Positions 1 through 10,071 of a stretch of 64,000 nucleotides of DNA are shown one piece after another (the stretch's first letter is position 1; each line of letters opens with the position of its first letter). The stretch is from positions 416,001 through 480,000 of the forward strand of contig OZ242372.1 of assembly GCA_965209035.1 (NCBI GenBank), written 5' to 3'. Source of the stretch: Gammaproteobacteria bacterium (GTDB taxonomy: Bacteria > Pseudomonadota > Gammaproteobacteria > CBDBNL01 > JAAOII01). The position numbers and the translations under genes were made by a program. The notes under the pieces were generated by a model. The model saw nothing but the letters and a program-made list of their open reading frames with translations. It searched no databases and was not told the DNA's origin.

Positions 1-228
1 AACCACGTCGTATTCGGCTTGTTTCAAAAATGTACTTGCACTCTGTGTCTTCTTGAAAACAGCGGGATCAAACTTTTCTTTCATCTCATCAAAAAGATCT
101 TGCAAGCTTCGAGCATCCATCCTACCTTTCCAAGCATTGCCAGCCTTCCAATTCATTTGCACCAGTTGGCATTTTTGAACATGCCGCAAATAAGAATAGG
201 CAAGAGACTCTACGACTTCAATTTTCAT
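1..228 (-). CDS. Partial CDS (runs off window start), hypothetical protein, possible PD-(D/E)xK-type nuclease
   Basis: Read manually on the minus strand from ATG at 228: MKIEVVESLAYSYLRHVQKCQLVQMNWKAG...FKKTQSASTFLKQAEYDVV, 76 codons without a stop. Starts just downstream of the DUF262 gene on the same strand. Not in the ORF track. Confidence 0.7.
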   Translation of the reverse strand, partial: MKIEVVESLAYSYLRHVQKCQLVQMNWKAGNAWKGRMDARSLQDLFDEMKEKFDPAVFKKTQSASTFLKQAEYDVV

Positions 229-264
229 TGGCTTCTGTCTGTCAGTGAGCGAGAGCGAAAAATA

Positions 265-1938
265 TCAATCTATCCGCCAGCAGCGGCAGGCAATCTCTGC
301 CATGTTCTTTTGTCTTGCTTCAATCGCGTCCTTGTCCCAGCATTCCCATTGCTCCAATTGGCGGTTAAGTGCGTATGAATATTTGCCCAAAGCGTCCTTT
401 TTTTCCGCATACGGTTCTTGTCCCAAGTTCTTTTTTCGTTCTACCAATGTTATGTTGCCGAGACGATTGACATGATCTTCCCAATCGTTGCCAAAATATT
501 CTATCCAGTTTTCTCCGGGATTTTGTGGCAGAATATGTTCCAGGGTCAAGACGGACGGATCGCAAGGTGCCCCCGACATCTCTCCTTCCAGTTTAGACAG
601 GATGTAACGGGGTCTTTTGGGAGTAGAAGCGGAAAAAGAAAACTTGGCAAAATCACCGATGAATACGGCATCTGCCGGATAAAGTGATAGAAGTTTTTCT
701 TTGATTTGCGGCAGTGAGTTTCCCGTTCGCACCAACTCGCACAAGGAATTGTATAAACGCTCTTGCTCGCTCGGACTACGGCGACCAATGACATTGTAGC
801 GAATAGAAAAATTAGTGACCCAATCAACCAATTTGTCAAACTTGGATACTTCATTTTTTTCTCTCCATTGTGTCCAAGCCGCCAAGAACAACGCATGAGG
901 TTGCTTAATGTTGTATAAAGCCAAAGCATTTAGATTCTTGGAAATATTCGTATTATGTAATTCTTGCCAAAATTCGTCTCCTCCGTCTAACAGTGCCGGA
1001 TAGACCGTGCATTGCCGTCGCAGGATGCCCAGATATTCACTTGCACTCTCATGCGTATTAACTTCCTTACGAATTTCGCGAAATAACTTGTTGCGACGCA
1101 CAAGGCGGTGACGACTATTCCATTCGGCAATCAAGAAATCCGCGAAGTTTTTATCACCCAACTGAGCATTGATGAACCCCCACTTTTCTTGTATCTCATC
1201 ATACTCTCCCTTGTTTGGATCCTCTTCGTCTCTGAAATATTTGGCAAACAGAAAGTTTTTCAGCAGATCCGGCACAGATAGTTGAACACCGCGCGCATTA
1301 AGTGTCTCAAACACGCGGAAGGCCGCCTGTTCGTCATTGACATTGATAACGGTAAATTCCAAGTTCTTCCCAATTATGCCAACAAACCCGGGAAGCAATA
1401 CTCTTGGATCCACAGATAATTCTTCGTCTGTCAATTTTTTTACCTTGTCCCGAAAGAATGTAAATGCCTTTTTTAATTTCCGAGTAGAAGCGGTAAGTTT
1501 TCGGACAGGCAGCTCTTCCCCGCGACAGATCATGCGATAAAAACTACCATCATTGAGGTTGAGTTGCAGTTTGTTGTTTTTCTCAAGGGTCACAATATCC
1601 TTGCTAACAATGAAGGTTTCATGCAGAGCATCGGCATGACCATCAAAACCGCGTTCTCTCAGTACCGCAATGATTGCCAGTACCAAGATGGAAAGGCTTG
1701 CCAAACGTTGTTGACCATCAATAATGATAAATTCACTTTCATCTTTTTTTTGCAAGACAATATGGCCCAGATAGTGACTTCCCTTTTCTTGCCGTACTTC
1801 CGTCAGATCTTCCCAAAGATCCTCCAGTGCATCCTCTGTCCAACTATAATCGCGTTGAAACGGGGGAACCCGGTATAACCGGCTGTTTCCCATGATTTCC
1901 AGGAAGTTTTGAGGAGAAGGTGTAATCGTCATCCACAT
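265..1938 (-). CDS. DUF262 + DUF1524/HNH protein (GmrSD-like, type IV restriction family)
   Basis: Motifs VPPFQRDYSW, IIDGQQRL, FETLNARG (DUF262/ParB-like); LEHILPQ and RLGNITL (DUF1524 HNH-like). Confidence 0.9.
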   Translation of the reverse strand: MWMTITPSPQNFLEIMGNSRLYRVPPFQRDYSWTEDALEDLWEDLTEVRQEKGSHYLGHIVLQKKDESEFIIIDGQQRLASLSILVLAIIAVLRERGFDGHADALHETFIVSKDIVTLEKNNKLQLNLNDGSFYRMICRGEELPVRKLTASTRKLKKAFTFFRDKVKKLTDEELSVDPRVLLPGFVGIIGKNLEFTVINVNDEQAAFRVFETLNARGVQLSVPDLLKNFLFAKYFRDEEDPNKGEYDEIQEKWGFINAQLGDKNFADFLIAEWNSRHRLVRRNKLFREIRKEVNTHESASEYLGILRRQCTVYPALLDGGDEFWQELHNTNISKNLNALALYNIKQPHALFLAAWTQWREKNEVSKFDKLVDWVTNFSIRYNVIGRRSPSEQERLYNSLCELVRTGNSLPQIKEKLLSLYPADAVFIGDFAKFSFSASTPKRPRYILSKLEGEMSGAPCDPSVLTLEHILPQNPGENWIEYFGNDWEDHVNRLGNITLVERKKNLGQEPYAEKKDALGKYSYALNRQLEQWECWDKDAIEARQKNMAEIACRCWRID

Positions 1939-1973
1939 TATTATAAGTCACGAATTGTATAGCCACGCCCATT

Positions 1974-2010
1974 TGCATGATCCCACCCAGTTCCGGACTC
2001 TTGTTGTTTT
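1974..2010. mobile_element. Isolated right end of the IS481-family element
   Basis: tgcatgatcccacccagttccggactcttgttgtttt closely matches the IS end at 43402 (tgtatgatcccacccatttctggacttttgttgtttt). A weaker copy (tgtatagccacgcccattt) starts at 1956. Confidence 0.8.
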
Positions 2011-2099
2011 AATACAACGGGCCTGTCGCAAGGTTTTTTACAGAATGGTCGTATAATAAAACACAGTATCTGTTCTTTTGAATGAAGGTACTTTATTTA
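2004..2099 (+). repeat. 96-bp direct repeat, copy 1 (promoter/leader; TATAAT at 2052-2057)
   Basis: Identical by eye to 4001-4096; lies directly upstream of the second DUF262 gene. Confidence 0.92.
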
Positions 2100-2120
2100 C
2101 TATCTATTAATCTATCATAT

Positions 2121-3782
2121 ATGAAAGCAATACATGCAAGCCCTAAATCGGTTCACAAAATATTAGACCAAACAGCATACATCATTCCTGAGTTTCAAAG
2201 ATCCTATAGCTGGACGCCAGAGAAATGTGAGAAATTGTGGGAAGATGTCGTTAGTTTTTTTGATTCAGAAGAGAAAGGGAACTATTTTTTAGGCACTATT
2301 ACTATCTACCCTTCTGAAAAAAATGATGGAGATGGAAATAGCATCTATGAGGTAATCGATGGCCAACAAAGATTAATTACTTTGCTTTTACTGATAAGAA
2401 TTTTGTATCAAAAATCTATAGGTTCAAAGGCAAACTTAGGAAAATATCTACGCAGTTCTTATAACCTTATCACAGGCGAAGAGAGTAATGAACCCAAAAT
2501 GCGCTCAAAAGTTTTAGGCGGGAAAGATAATGAATATATAACACGTCTCTGTTGCGAACAAGGCGACCTGCATTTTGAAGATCGGAAAAATCTTTTTACA
2601 AAAAACTATATTACTTTGAGGGAACAGGTGAACGACTGGCTTGCTCAAAACGGTGGTGCTCAGTTTCAGAAACTTATTGGAGCAATTTTGACACAGGTAG
2701 TCATGCTCCCCATATACTGCGAAGACTTGGATGACTCATTAACAACATTCGAGACTTTGAATGATCGTGGTATGCCTCTTAATGATGCCGATATTTTTAA
2801 GGTCAAACTATACAAGTCGGCTAAAGAAAAGGGAGCGGAAAAAGAATTTGATCAGCGTTGGAGCGATTTGGAAAACCATACGGACCTATTCAGAATTTAT
2901 ATGCATATCTTACGCGCGAAGGACGAGAAAATAGAAAAGGAAATCGGGCTAAGAAAATATTTTGATCAGCCTCAACGAAAAAAAGAGGTTTTTGGAGATT
3001 GGTTTAAGATAATGGAGAGTATTACAAAAATCAATAATATTCGAGAAAAAATTTGGGTTATGCCTCCAGACATTGATAAACTTTGGTATGTGCTGGCTTC
3101 CATTCCCAATGGTTACTGGCGATATCCGTTATATGTATTTCTGGATAAACATAATCGGAGTAAAGCCGACGCGAATCAAATGTCCTTATCCGACTCTAAA
3201 AAAAGAGAATATCAAACCTTAATAGAGGAGACTGTCAGGTATTTTTTATATAAAGGAGTTGTCCATAAAAATGTTAATAAAGTAAAAGATACAATTTTTA
3301 AGGTTTGCGAAAATATTGAAGCAGGAAAGGATTACAAGAGTTTATATAGAAAGAATATCGAGACAGAAGCCCAAAATTTTGATTTAGAAAACATTGCTCT
3401 TGGTCGTTATGACCGATTCGTCATCTACTTGGCTTCTTGCTTAAATCCTAAACAAAACAACAATGACCTCTGTAAACTTTTGGCCAGCGGGATGGATATC
3501 GAGCATATTCTGCCTAAAAAGTGGCATCACTATGATGGTTATACAAAAGATAACCATGGAGAATATTGTGGGAAGTTAGGTAACTTAATGCCTTTGGAAA
3601 GCAAAGTTAATATAGCCGCTTCCAATGACTTTTATTTCAGGAAACAAGAGCATTACAAAGAATCTCTTATACAGGATGCATTGGAACTGACACAAACGAA
3701 GTCCGCGCAATGGTTACCTGAAAATATTAATAACCGCACTAAAGTTCTCTGTAAAAGAATTGCTGATTTTTTAAAAGGTTAA
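2121..3782 (+). CDS. DUF262 + DUF1524/HNH protein (second GmrSD-like gene)
   Basis: IPEFQRSYSW, VIDGQQRL, FETLNDRG, IEHILPK, KLGNLMPL. AT-rich. Start placed at ATG 2121 (ORF track starts at 2082, inside the repeat). Confidence 0.9.
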   Translation: MKAIHASPKSVHKILDQTAYIIPEFQRSYSWTPEKCEKLWEDVVSFFDSEEKGNYFLGTITIYPSEKNDGDGNSIYEVIDGQQRLITLLLLIRILYQKSIGSKANLGKYLRSSYNLITGEESNEPKMRSKVLGGKDNEYITRLCCEQGDLHFEDRKNLFTKNYITLREQVNDWLAQNGGAQFQKLIGAILTQVVMLPIYCEDLDDSLTTFETLNDRGMPLNDADIFKVKLYKSAKEKGAEKEFDQRWSDLENHTDLFRIYMHILRAKDEKIEKEIGLRKYFDQPQRKKEVFGDWFKIMESITKINNIREKIWVMPPDIDKLWYVLASIPNGYWRYPLYVFLDKHNRSKADANQMSLSDSKKREYQTLIEETVRYFLYKGVVHKNVNKVKDTIFKVCENIEAGKDYKSLYRKNIETEAQNFDLENIALGRYDRFVIYLASCLNPKQNNNDLCKLLASGMDIEHILPKKWHHYDGYTKDNHGEYCGKLGNLMPLESKVNIAASNDFYFRKQEHYKESLIQDALELTQTKSAQWLPENINNRTKVLCKRIADFLKG

Positions 3783-4000
3783 GAAAGAGTTCATAAGTCT
3801 GTATCATCACTGCTCGCTCATATACACGACCAGTTCCCAAGAAACGTACTTTGTAAAAAGTATCTCGTAGCGATACCTTAAAGGTAGTGCTTTGTAAAAC
3901 AGCAATTCTCAATGAATCGCATCATGCGACCAAAACACTCACTCCAACAACACTCGTCCTTTAATAGGAACTAATAGGAACACAAATACACACTTATTTC

Positions 4001-4096
4001 TTGTTTTAATACAACGGGCCTGTCGCAAGGTTTTTTACAGAATGGTCGTATAATAAAACACAGTATCTGTTCTTTTGAATGAAGGTACTTTATTTA
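4001..4096 (+). repeat. 96-bp direct repeat, copy 2 (upstream of ABC substrate-binding gene)
   Basis: Identical to 2004-2099. Confidence 0.92.
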
Positions 4097-4128
4097 ACTT
4101 TATTTACTAATCTATATACATATACATT

Positions 4129-5406
4129 ATGAAAAGAAATCAACTATTCCTACTTGTGGGTGCAGTCGTTGTAATTCTCATCGTAGTCTTCTATTTCCAA
4201 AACAAATCCAAATCCACCGCCACAGGCGAAGGACAAGGTGAAATCAAGATGGGTGCCTTGGCAACTCTTGAAGGACCCTTTACGGTTCTCGGGGAAGATG
4301 GCATGCGCGGTGTGCAACTTGCCTTGCAAGAATTTAATAACCAAGCGGGCGGTAAAAACATCCGTTTGATTACCGGTTCGTCCGATGCGACGCCGGACAG
4401 TGCCATTCGCAGTGCGCGCAATCTGGTGGAACAAGACGGCGTTCAAATTTTAATCGGCCCACTTTCCGGTTCGGAAGGATTGGCTCTAAAAGATTATGCC
4501 AAGACACAACCGTCTGTTACTTTCTTAAACGGCGCTTCCGCCGCACAGGATACCACCCTGCGCGATCCGGCTGAAAACTTCTTTCGTTTTTCCACTGACG
4601 GCGTTCAATGGATGGCGGGTTTGGGCGAATATGCCTATGATGAACTCGGTTATGAACGGGTGGCGATTATCGCCGAAGACTATTCGTTTCCGTATTCTCA
4701 GGTGCAAGGCTTCATGCTTCCCTTTTGTGAACGCGGCGGTCGCGTGCCTGCCAAGTTTTGGGTGCCTATCGGCAATACGGACTACTCCTCTATCATCTCC
4801 GCTTTGCCGGATGATATAGACGCCATTTATGTTGCGCTCGGCGGTGCCGATGCGGTAAACTTCTTAACGCAATATGAGCAGTTTGGCGGTGACCTGCCAA
4901 TCATCGGCGGTTCTATCACCATCGATCAAAGCGTTTTGGGATCCAAGGGCAGAACACGCACTTCGGTTATTGGAACGGCAGCCGCCGGACCGATTGCCGA
5001 CACATGGGATGACTCGCGCTGGCAACAGTTTGTTGCGGACTACCGGAACACATTCCCGGATGGCTTCCCTTCCCCTTCCCTGTTCGCGCATGCTTACTAT
5101 ATCAACACCAAAGCGGCACTGCTTGCCTTGGAAGAAGTTGATGGCGATCTTTCCGACGGCGGCGCCGCGTTGCGTCGTGTGCTTGCGGATCTCGAGTTTG
5201 AAACACCTACGGGAGATGTCAGACTGGATGAAAATCGTCAGGCAGTTGCGGATATTTACTTGACAGAAGTTGTTGAAGGCCCGGACGGTAATCTGGTCAA
5301 TGAGGTCATAGACATTTCAAGAGAAGTCGAGCAGACGCTTGGCGTTTCTCGGGAAAAATTTCTTGAGTATGGGCCGGTTGGGCGCAATAATCCCGAATGT
5401 CCCTAA
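4129..5406 (+). CDS. Branched-chain amino acid-type ABC transporter substrate-binding protein (LivJ/K-like)
   Basis: N-terminal hydrophobic anchor; IKMGALATLEGP, ILIGPLSGS and FETPTG motifs of type I periplasmic binding proteins. Confidence 0.85.
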   Translation: MKRNQLFLLVGAVVVILIVVFYFQNKSKSTATGEGQGEIKMGALATLEGPFTVLGEDGMRGVQLALQEFNNQAGGKNIRLITGSSDATPDSAIRSARNLVEQDGVQILIGPLSGSEGLALKDYAKTQPSVTFLNGASAAQDTTLRDPAENFFRFSTDGVQWMAGLGEYAYDELGYERVAIIAEDYSFPYSQVQGFMLPFCERGGRVPAKFWVPIGNTDYSSIISALPDDIDAIYVALGGADAVNFLTQYEQFGGDLPIIGGSITIDQSVLGSKGRTRTSVIGTAAAGPIADTWDDSRWQQFVADYRNTFPDGFPSPSLFAHAYYINTKAALLALEEVDGDLSDGGAALRRVLADLEFETPTGDVRLDENRQAVADIYLTEVVEGPDGNLVNEVIDISREVEQTLGVSREKFLEYGPVGRNNPECP

Positions 5407-5420
5407 TTAGTTAGAGAGCA

Positions 5421-6197
5421 TTGGCTCACAAAAGCGCGCAACCCGCTCTTCTTCTCAAAGAAGTTAGGTTGCAGTTTGGCACATTTTCAGTTCTCACTGA
5501 TATTCAGTTTGAAGCGGGTATCGGTGAGAGATGTGCTTTGCTCGGCATTAATGGTGCCGGGAAGACAACGCTTCTCAGTGTCATTAATGGCGACTTAAAA
5601 CTCTCTTCCGGCGAGATTTATTTTTTCGGTGATAAGATCACCAAACTTCCGCCTTATAAGCGAACCCATCTCGGGCTAAGACGCACATATCAAATTTCTC
5701 TCTTATTTGCCGGTCTCTCGGTTCTTGATCATTTATATCTGGCTTGTCAGGGGGTGGTTGCGGGTCGTCATTCCTTGAACCTGAACCGACCCACCGCCAA
5801 ACATCCGACCATGCGGGAGGCGGAAGCAATTTTAGAAACGGTGCAATTACAAGATATCAAAGATGTGCCGATTTCCGCACTCAGTCATGGCCAGCAGCGG
5901 CAACTTGAAGTGGGCATGGCATTGGCGGGAACCCCCAAGTTCATTCTGTTTGACGAGCCTGCCGCAGGTCTATCGTCGCGCGAGCGGGTCATCCTTACGG
6001 ATATACTCGATAATCTGCCGAAGGACATCGGCTATTTGTTGGTGGAGCATGATCTGGATATTGCTTTAAGCATCGCAGATAGAATCATTGTTCTGCATGA
6101 CGGAAGGATATTCAAAGACGGGGCAAGTGCCGAGGTGCAAAAAGATGCCGAAGTCCAAAGATTGTATTTGGGAAGCAGACATGACCCAAAATCTTAA
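5421..6197 (+). CDS. ABC transporter ATP-binding protein (LivG-like)
   Basis: Walker A GINGAGKT, signature LSHGQ, Walker B ILFDEP, H-loop VEHD. Confidence 0.9.
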   Translation: MAHKSAQPALLLKEVRLQFGTFSVLTDIQFEAGIGERCALLGINGAGKTTLLSVINGDLKLSSGEIYFFGDKITKLPPYKRTHLGLRRTYQISLLFAGLSVLDHLYLACQGVVAGRHSLNLNRPTAKHPTMREAEAILETVQLQDIKDVPISALSHGQQRQLEVGMALAGTPKFILFDEPAAGLSSRERVILTDILDNLPKDIGYLLVEHDLDIALSIADRIIVLHDGRIFKDGASAEVQKDAEVQRLYLGSRHDPKS

Positions 6198-6915
6198 AAA
6201 GAACTTGCTGGCGGTTGAAGACCTATATGTCAATTATGGCAGTGCCGCCGCTCTGCAGGGAACGGACTTTACACTCGGCGAAGAAGACATCCTTTCCATT
6301 GTCGGCCGTAACGGAATGGGAAAAACAACCCTATGCAACGCAATTATGGGGTTGGTGCCGGTGTCCAAAGGGTCGGTTGTATTTAATAATCAACAGATTG
6401 AGAATAAACCGCCGCACTTTATAGCCCAAATGGGCATAGGTTATGTTCCGCAGGGAAGACGATTATGGCAAAGTCTCACCGTGGACGAGCATATCAGAAT
6501 GTTTGCCAAAGATAAAAACGCCAAACATCATCCCGACAGTATTTATCAAATATTCCCGCGTCTTGCCGAAAGAAGGCACAATAAGGGAACTAACCTTTCC
6601 GGCGGCGAACAGCAGATGTTGGCAATTGCGCGCGCGCTGCTGACCAATCCGAAATTACTTGTTATGGATGAGCCAACCGAAGGGCTGGCACCGCGCATCG
6701 TGGAACAGATAGAGGACCTGATTATCCGACTGGTTACCGAAAACAAAATATCGGTTCTCATTATTGAACAAAAATTGGATGTTGCGGTCACGGTGTCCAA
6801 GAAAGTGGGGATCATGCTCAACGGAAGAATTGAAAGAATCATCCCTTCCGCGCAACTCATTTCCGACCGGAAACTGCAACAAGAATTACTCGGTGTCGGT
6901 AAAAAAACGGCTTGA
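6181..6915 (+). CDS. ABC transporter ATP-binding protein (LivF-like)
   Basis: GRNGMGKT, LSGGEQQ, LVMDEP, IEQ. Start taken at ATG 6181. Confidence 0.9.
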   Translation: MTQNLKKNLLAVEDLYVNYGSAAALQGTDFTLGEEDILSIVGRNGMGKTTLCNAIMGLVPVSKGSVVFNNQQIENKPPHFIAQMGIGYVPQGRRLWQSLTVDEHIRMFAKDKNAKHHPDSIYQIFPRLAERRHNKGTNLSGGEQQMLAIARALLTNPKLLVMDEPTEGLAPRIVEQIEDLIIRLVTENKISVLIIEQKLDVAVTVSKKVGIMLNGRIERIIPSAQLISDRKLQQELLGVGKKTA

Positions 6916-6959
6916 AATACGAGGCGGCAATTGATTGCCCATTGCCCCTGCCCCGCTTG

Positions 6960-7796
6960 TTATTTCTTGTACTTTAAGTCTTTGAACTTACGCGCCTGAT
7001 TCTCTATTCCCACTTCGGTGGGCAACCGCTCAACACTGGAAGCGCCAAAAAACCCGACAACTCCCTCGGTGTTGTCAAAAATATATTGGGCATCCTCCGG
7101 TTCCGCAATCGGTCCGCCGTGACACAAGACCAGTATCTCCGGATTGACCTGAGCCGCCGCATCGCACATCGCTTGCACGCGCTTTGCGGATTCTTCCAGG
7201 GTCAAAGCGGTGGATGCGCCGATAGAACCCTTTGTTGTTAATCCCATGTGCGGCACCAAGACATCGGCTCCCGCTTTCGCCATGTTCACCGCATCCTCGG
7301 GTGTAAACACATAAGGACAGGTCAGCATATCCAACTCGTGCGCCTGACGAATCATATCCACTTCCAGATCATAGCCCATTCCGGTTTCTTCCAAATTTTG
7401 ACGAAAGACACCGTCTATTAATCCCACGGTCGGGAAGTTTTGCACGCCGTCAAACCCCATTTCTTTTAACTCTTTTAAGAAACGCGGGATCAGATAAAAG
7501 GGATCCGTCCCATTAACTCCCGCCAAAACCGGCGTATTCTTGATAACCGGCAGTACCTCGGCCGCCATCTCTACGACTATGTCATTTGCATTGCCGTAAG
7601 CCAGCAGGCCCGAAAGGCTGCCGCGTCCCGCCATACGATAACGGCCGGAGTTGTAAATGATAATCAGGTCCACCCCGCCGCGCTCGCTAAATTTGGCGGT
7701 GATACCTGTCCCCGCACCGGCACCGATAATCGGCTTGCCATTGGCGACCTGGTCTCTCAGTCTATTCAAAGACTCTTTGCGTTCAATAAAAGGCAT
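6960..7796 (-). CDS. TIM-barrel protein, phosphoenolpyruvate hydrolase-like (Tm-1 C-terminal-like family)
   Basis: [45 protein letters not shown] and [12 protein letters not shown] are characteristic of this family. Confidence 0.88.
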   Translation of the reverse strand: MPFIERKESLNRLRDQVANGKPIIGAGAGTGITAKFSERGGVDLIIIYNSGRYRMAGRGSLSGLLAYGNANDIVVEMAAEVLPVIKNTPVLAGVNGTDPFYLIPRFLKELKEMGFDGVQNFPTVGLIDGVFRQNLEETGMGYDLEVDMIRQAHELDMLTCPYVFTPEDAVNMAKAGADVLVPHMGLTTKGSIGASTALTLEESAKRVQAMCDAAAQVNPEILVLCHGGPIAEPEDAQYIFDNTEGVVGFFGASSVERLPTEVGIENQARKFKDLKYKK

Positions 7797-7826
7797 AATT
7801 GTATACTTCTAATTAATAATAATAAA

Positions 7827-8225
7827 TCAAGCGCGCAGGTTACACCAGGGTTCTTCCGCGGATACATCCGTCAGTTCATAACCTATGTCGCCCACACAGG
7901 GACCCAAGATTGCCAAAAGTTTGGCATCTGTTTGGCCCACATTAAAGGAAGCATGCACCATCCCCGCATCTATATATGCCGCATCGCCGGGCTTAAGAAT
8001 TTTCTTCTCCTTGCCAATCCACTGCTCCACCTCGCCGGACACAACCACAATGGTTTCTTCCTGAGCCGGATGCTTGTGAAAATTATGCCCGTTGCCGGGT
8101 GTCAGCACAACATCTATGATAGTCAACTGCTTATTATTGGTGGTCGGGGGGTTACTTAGCCAAGCCAAGGATCCCCAGTCCAACTCCTCTCTCGGCGTGT
8201 TTTTTTGAATAACAAATTTACTCAT
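7827..8225 (-). CDS. Cupin domain protein
   Basis: HNFHKHPAQEE...G and VHASFN metal-binding cupin motifs. Confidence 0.88.
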   Translation of the reverse strand: MSKFVIQKNTPREELDWGSLAWLSNPPTTNNKQLTIIDVVLTPGNGHNFHKHPAQEETIVVVSGEVEQWIGKEKKILKPGDAAYIDAGMVHASFNVGQTDAKLLAILGPCVGDIGYELTDVSAEEPWCNLRA

Positions 8226-8256
8226 CGTGTTCGTCTTATTTCTTTGTGAATATTAA

Positions 8257-9468
8257 TTATTTTCTTTGCAGTAAACTCAGCAACTTTTGTGCCATAGCAT
8301 CCGCAAATTCGGGGTCGTTGATATTGTGATCCAGTTTTACAATCTCAACCTTCTTCGGATTAATATTGCTCTCCAAGGATTTAAACAAAGCGGCATCCAC
8401 CTTCGGATCATGAAAGACCTGTCCCGGAGCATCAATCATACTGACGCCGCCCAACGGAATAAAAAGTGCCGTAGGGCCTTTGCTTTTGTTAAGTTTGTCC
8501 GCAATAATCTTGCCCAGTTCGGCACATTCCGCCTTGGTTGTCCGCATCAGCGTAATCTGCGGATTATGCACATACAAATTGCGTTTGCGAAATTTTTCCG
8601 GCACGGACTCAATCCCGCCAAAATTAACCATATCCAAAGCCCCCAGCGACACCACTTGCGGCACACCGGCTTTCGCGGCGGCATCCAACCGTTCCCGCCC
8701 CGCCGACAAAACGCCGCCGACAAGTTCATCACACAGCTCGGTGGTGGTGGCATCCGCAACACCGGCAACTTCTCCATCGTTAATGAGAGATTCCATTGAC
8801 CTTCCGCCACTGCCTGTGGCATGAAAAATCAATACCTCATAGCCCGCCTTCTCCAAAGTACCTTGCATGGCCGTCACACAAGGGGTTGTCACGCCAAACA
8901 TAGAAGCGACAATAACGGGTTTATTCTTGCCAATCATGGCCGGCTGTTCCACCATCCCGCATATTGCACCCGCCGCGTTGGAGAATATCCTGCGAGAGAC
9001 ACGATTTAATCCGGCGACATCCACCACGGAATACATCATCGTAATATCCTTGCCCGCAACATAGGGGGCAACATCGCCTCCCGCCATAGTGGACAACATC
9101 ACCTTGGGAACTCCGATAGGCACTGCCTGCATGGCGGTGCTCGCAACAGATGTCCCGCCGGAACCTCCTATGCCGATGATCCCGTCTATTTTCTTTTCGG
9201 CATAGGCCCTTGCCGCGATCTTTGCCGCGCCGTTTCCCATGGCCTCCAATGCCGCTCCCCGATCGCCTTTTTTACGCAGGGCGGATAAGGAACTCCCTCC
9301 CGCCTTGGCAACTTCCGCTGCGGAAATATCCGCAGGGAATTGCGGGTCGGCGGCGACGCTCGCATCCAGAAGTAATGTTTTGTGTTTGCGACCCTTAATA
9401 AGGTCTCTGATGAATTGTAATTCTTGCCCCTTGGTGTCCAAGGTACCGATGATTAAGATTGTCTTCAT
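8257..9468 (-). CDS. Tm-1-like ATP-binding domain protein (UPF0261)
   Basis: N-terminal GTLDTKG, GGSGGT, VDVAGLN, SMFGVTTPCV, FHATGSGG, GALDMVNF and HINDPEF. Confidence 0.9.
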   Translation of the reverse strand: MKTILIIGTLDTKGQELQFIRDLIKGRKHKTLLLDASVAADPQFPADISAAEVAKAGGSSLSALRKKGDRGAALEAMGNGAAKIAARAYAEKKIDGIIGIGGSGGTSVASTAMQAVPIGVPKVMLSTMAGGDVAPYVAGKDITMMYSVVDVAGLNRVSRRIFSNAAGAICGMVEQPAMIGKNKPVIVASMFGVTTPCVTAMQGTLEKAGYEVLIFHATGSGGRSMESLINDGEVAGVADATTTELCDELVGGVLSAGRERLDAAAKAGVPQVVSLGALDMVNFGGIESVPEKFRKRNLYVHNPQITLMRTTKAECAELGKIIADKLNKSKGPTALFIPLGGVSMIDAPGQVFHDPKVDAALFKSLESNINPKKVEIVKLDHNINDPEFADAMAQKLLSLLQRK

Positions 9469-9554
9469 AATTTGTTTCCTCTCTTATTTATTAATAACAG
9501 AAATAATTATAGCATATTTAATCATAATAATAATAACTTGAATTCAAGCATGCA

Positions 9555-9908
9555 TGCATAGTCTCATAAAGGTTCCGGACTCTGAGTTTGGTATCGTGCG
9601 TCCTCAGATCCAGAAGCCGGAGGTTCTGTCGGACGGGTCGCAAATAGATCCGGCAACGGATCTCCGGTATGTGGAGCCGGATGAATGAAACGGGCAAAAA
9701 AGACGGATAGATGTTTTGCTCTTGCCGACGCAGACAGCGGAGGCTTATTGTTGATAAAACTGTCCGGGTGTATCCGCTGGCGAGACGGTGTGGTTTGTGA
9801 TGGCTGGCTTGGTATCATCTCGCGCGCCCCCATTATGTTCTCAAACAACTCTCGCCGATCCGGTTTTTGCAAAAACAACAAAAGTCCGGAAATGGGTGGG
9901 ATTATACA
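9555..9908 (+). mobile_element. MITE: internally deleted derivative of the IS481-family element
   Basis: About 255 bp match the reverse complement of the IS left end (ca. 44450-44700), joined to about 100 bp matching the IS right end (43402-ca. 43505). Termini TGCA...TACA. No clear target duplication. Confidence 0.9.
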
Positions 9909-10071
9909 AATTACGCTTATTTATTTGTATAAAATTATGATTATTATCAATAATTTGATACATTTCGCTTATAATTGGAAGCAAATTAATTATTATGATG
10001 AAACTTTATAAGCAGGGATCACATGTTTTTTGTGTGCGCCTCATTTTTCTTTTTCAAAACAACAACTCATT

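Noticed and set aside
19-475. Plus-strand ORFs 19-378 and 245-475
   Set aside because: Antisense to the DUF262 gene and to the more protein-like minus-strand ORF at 1-228.
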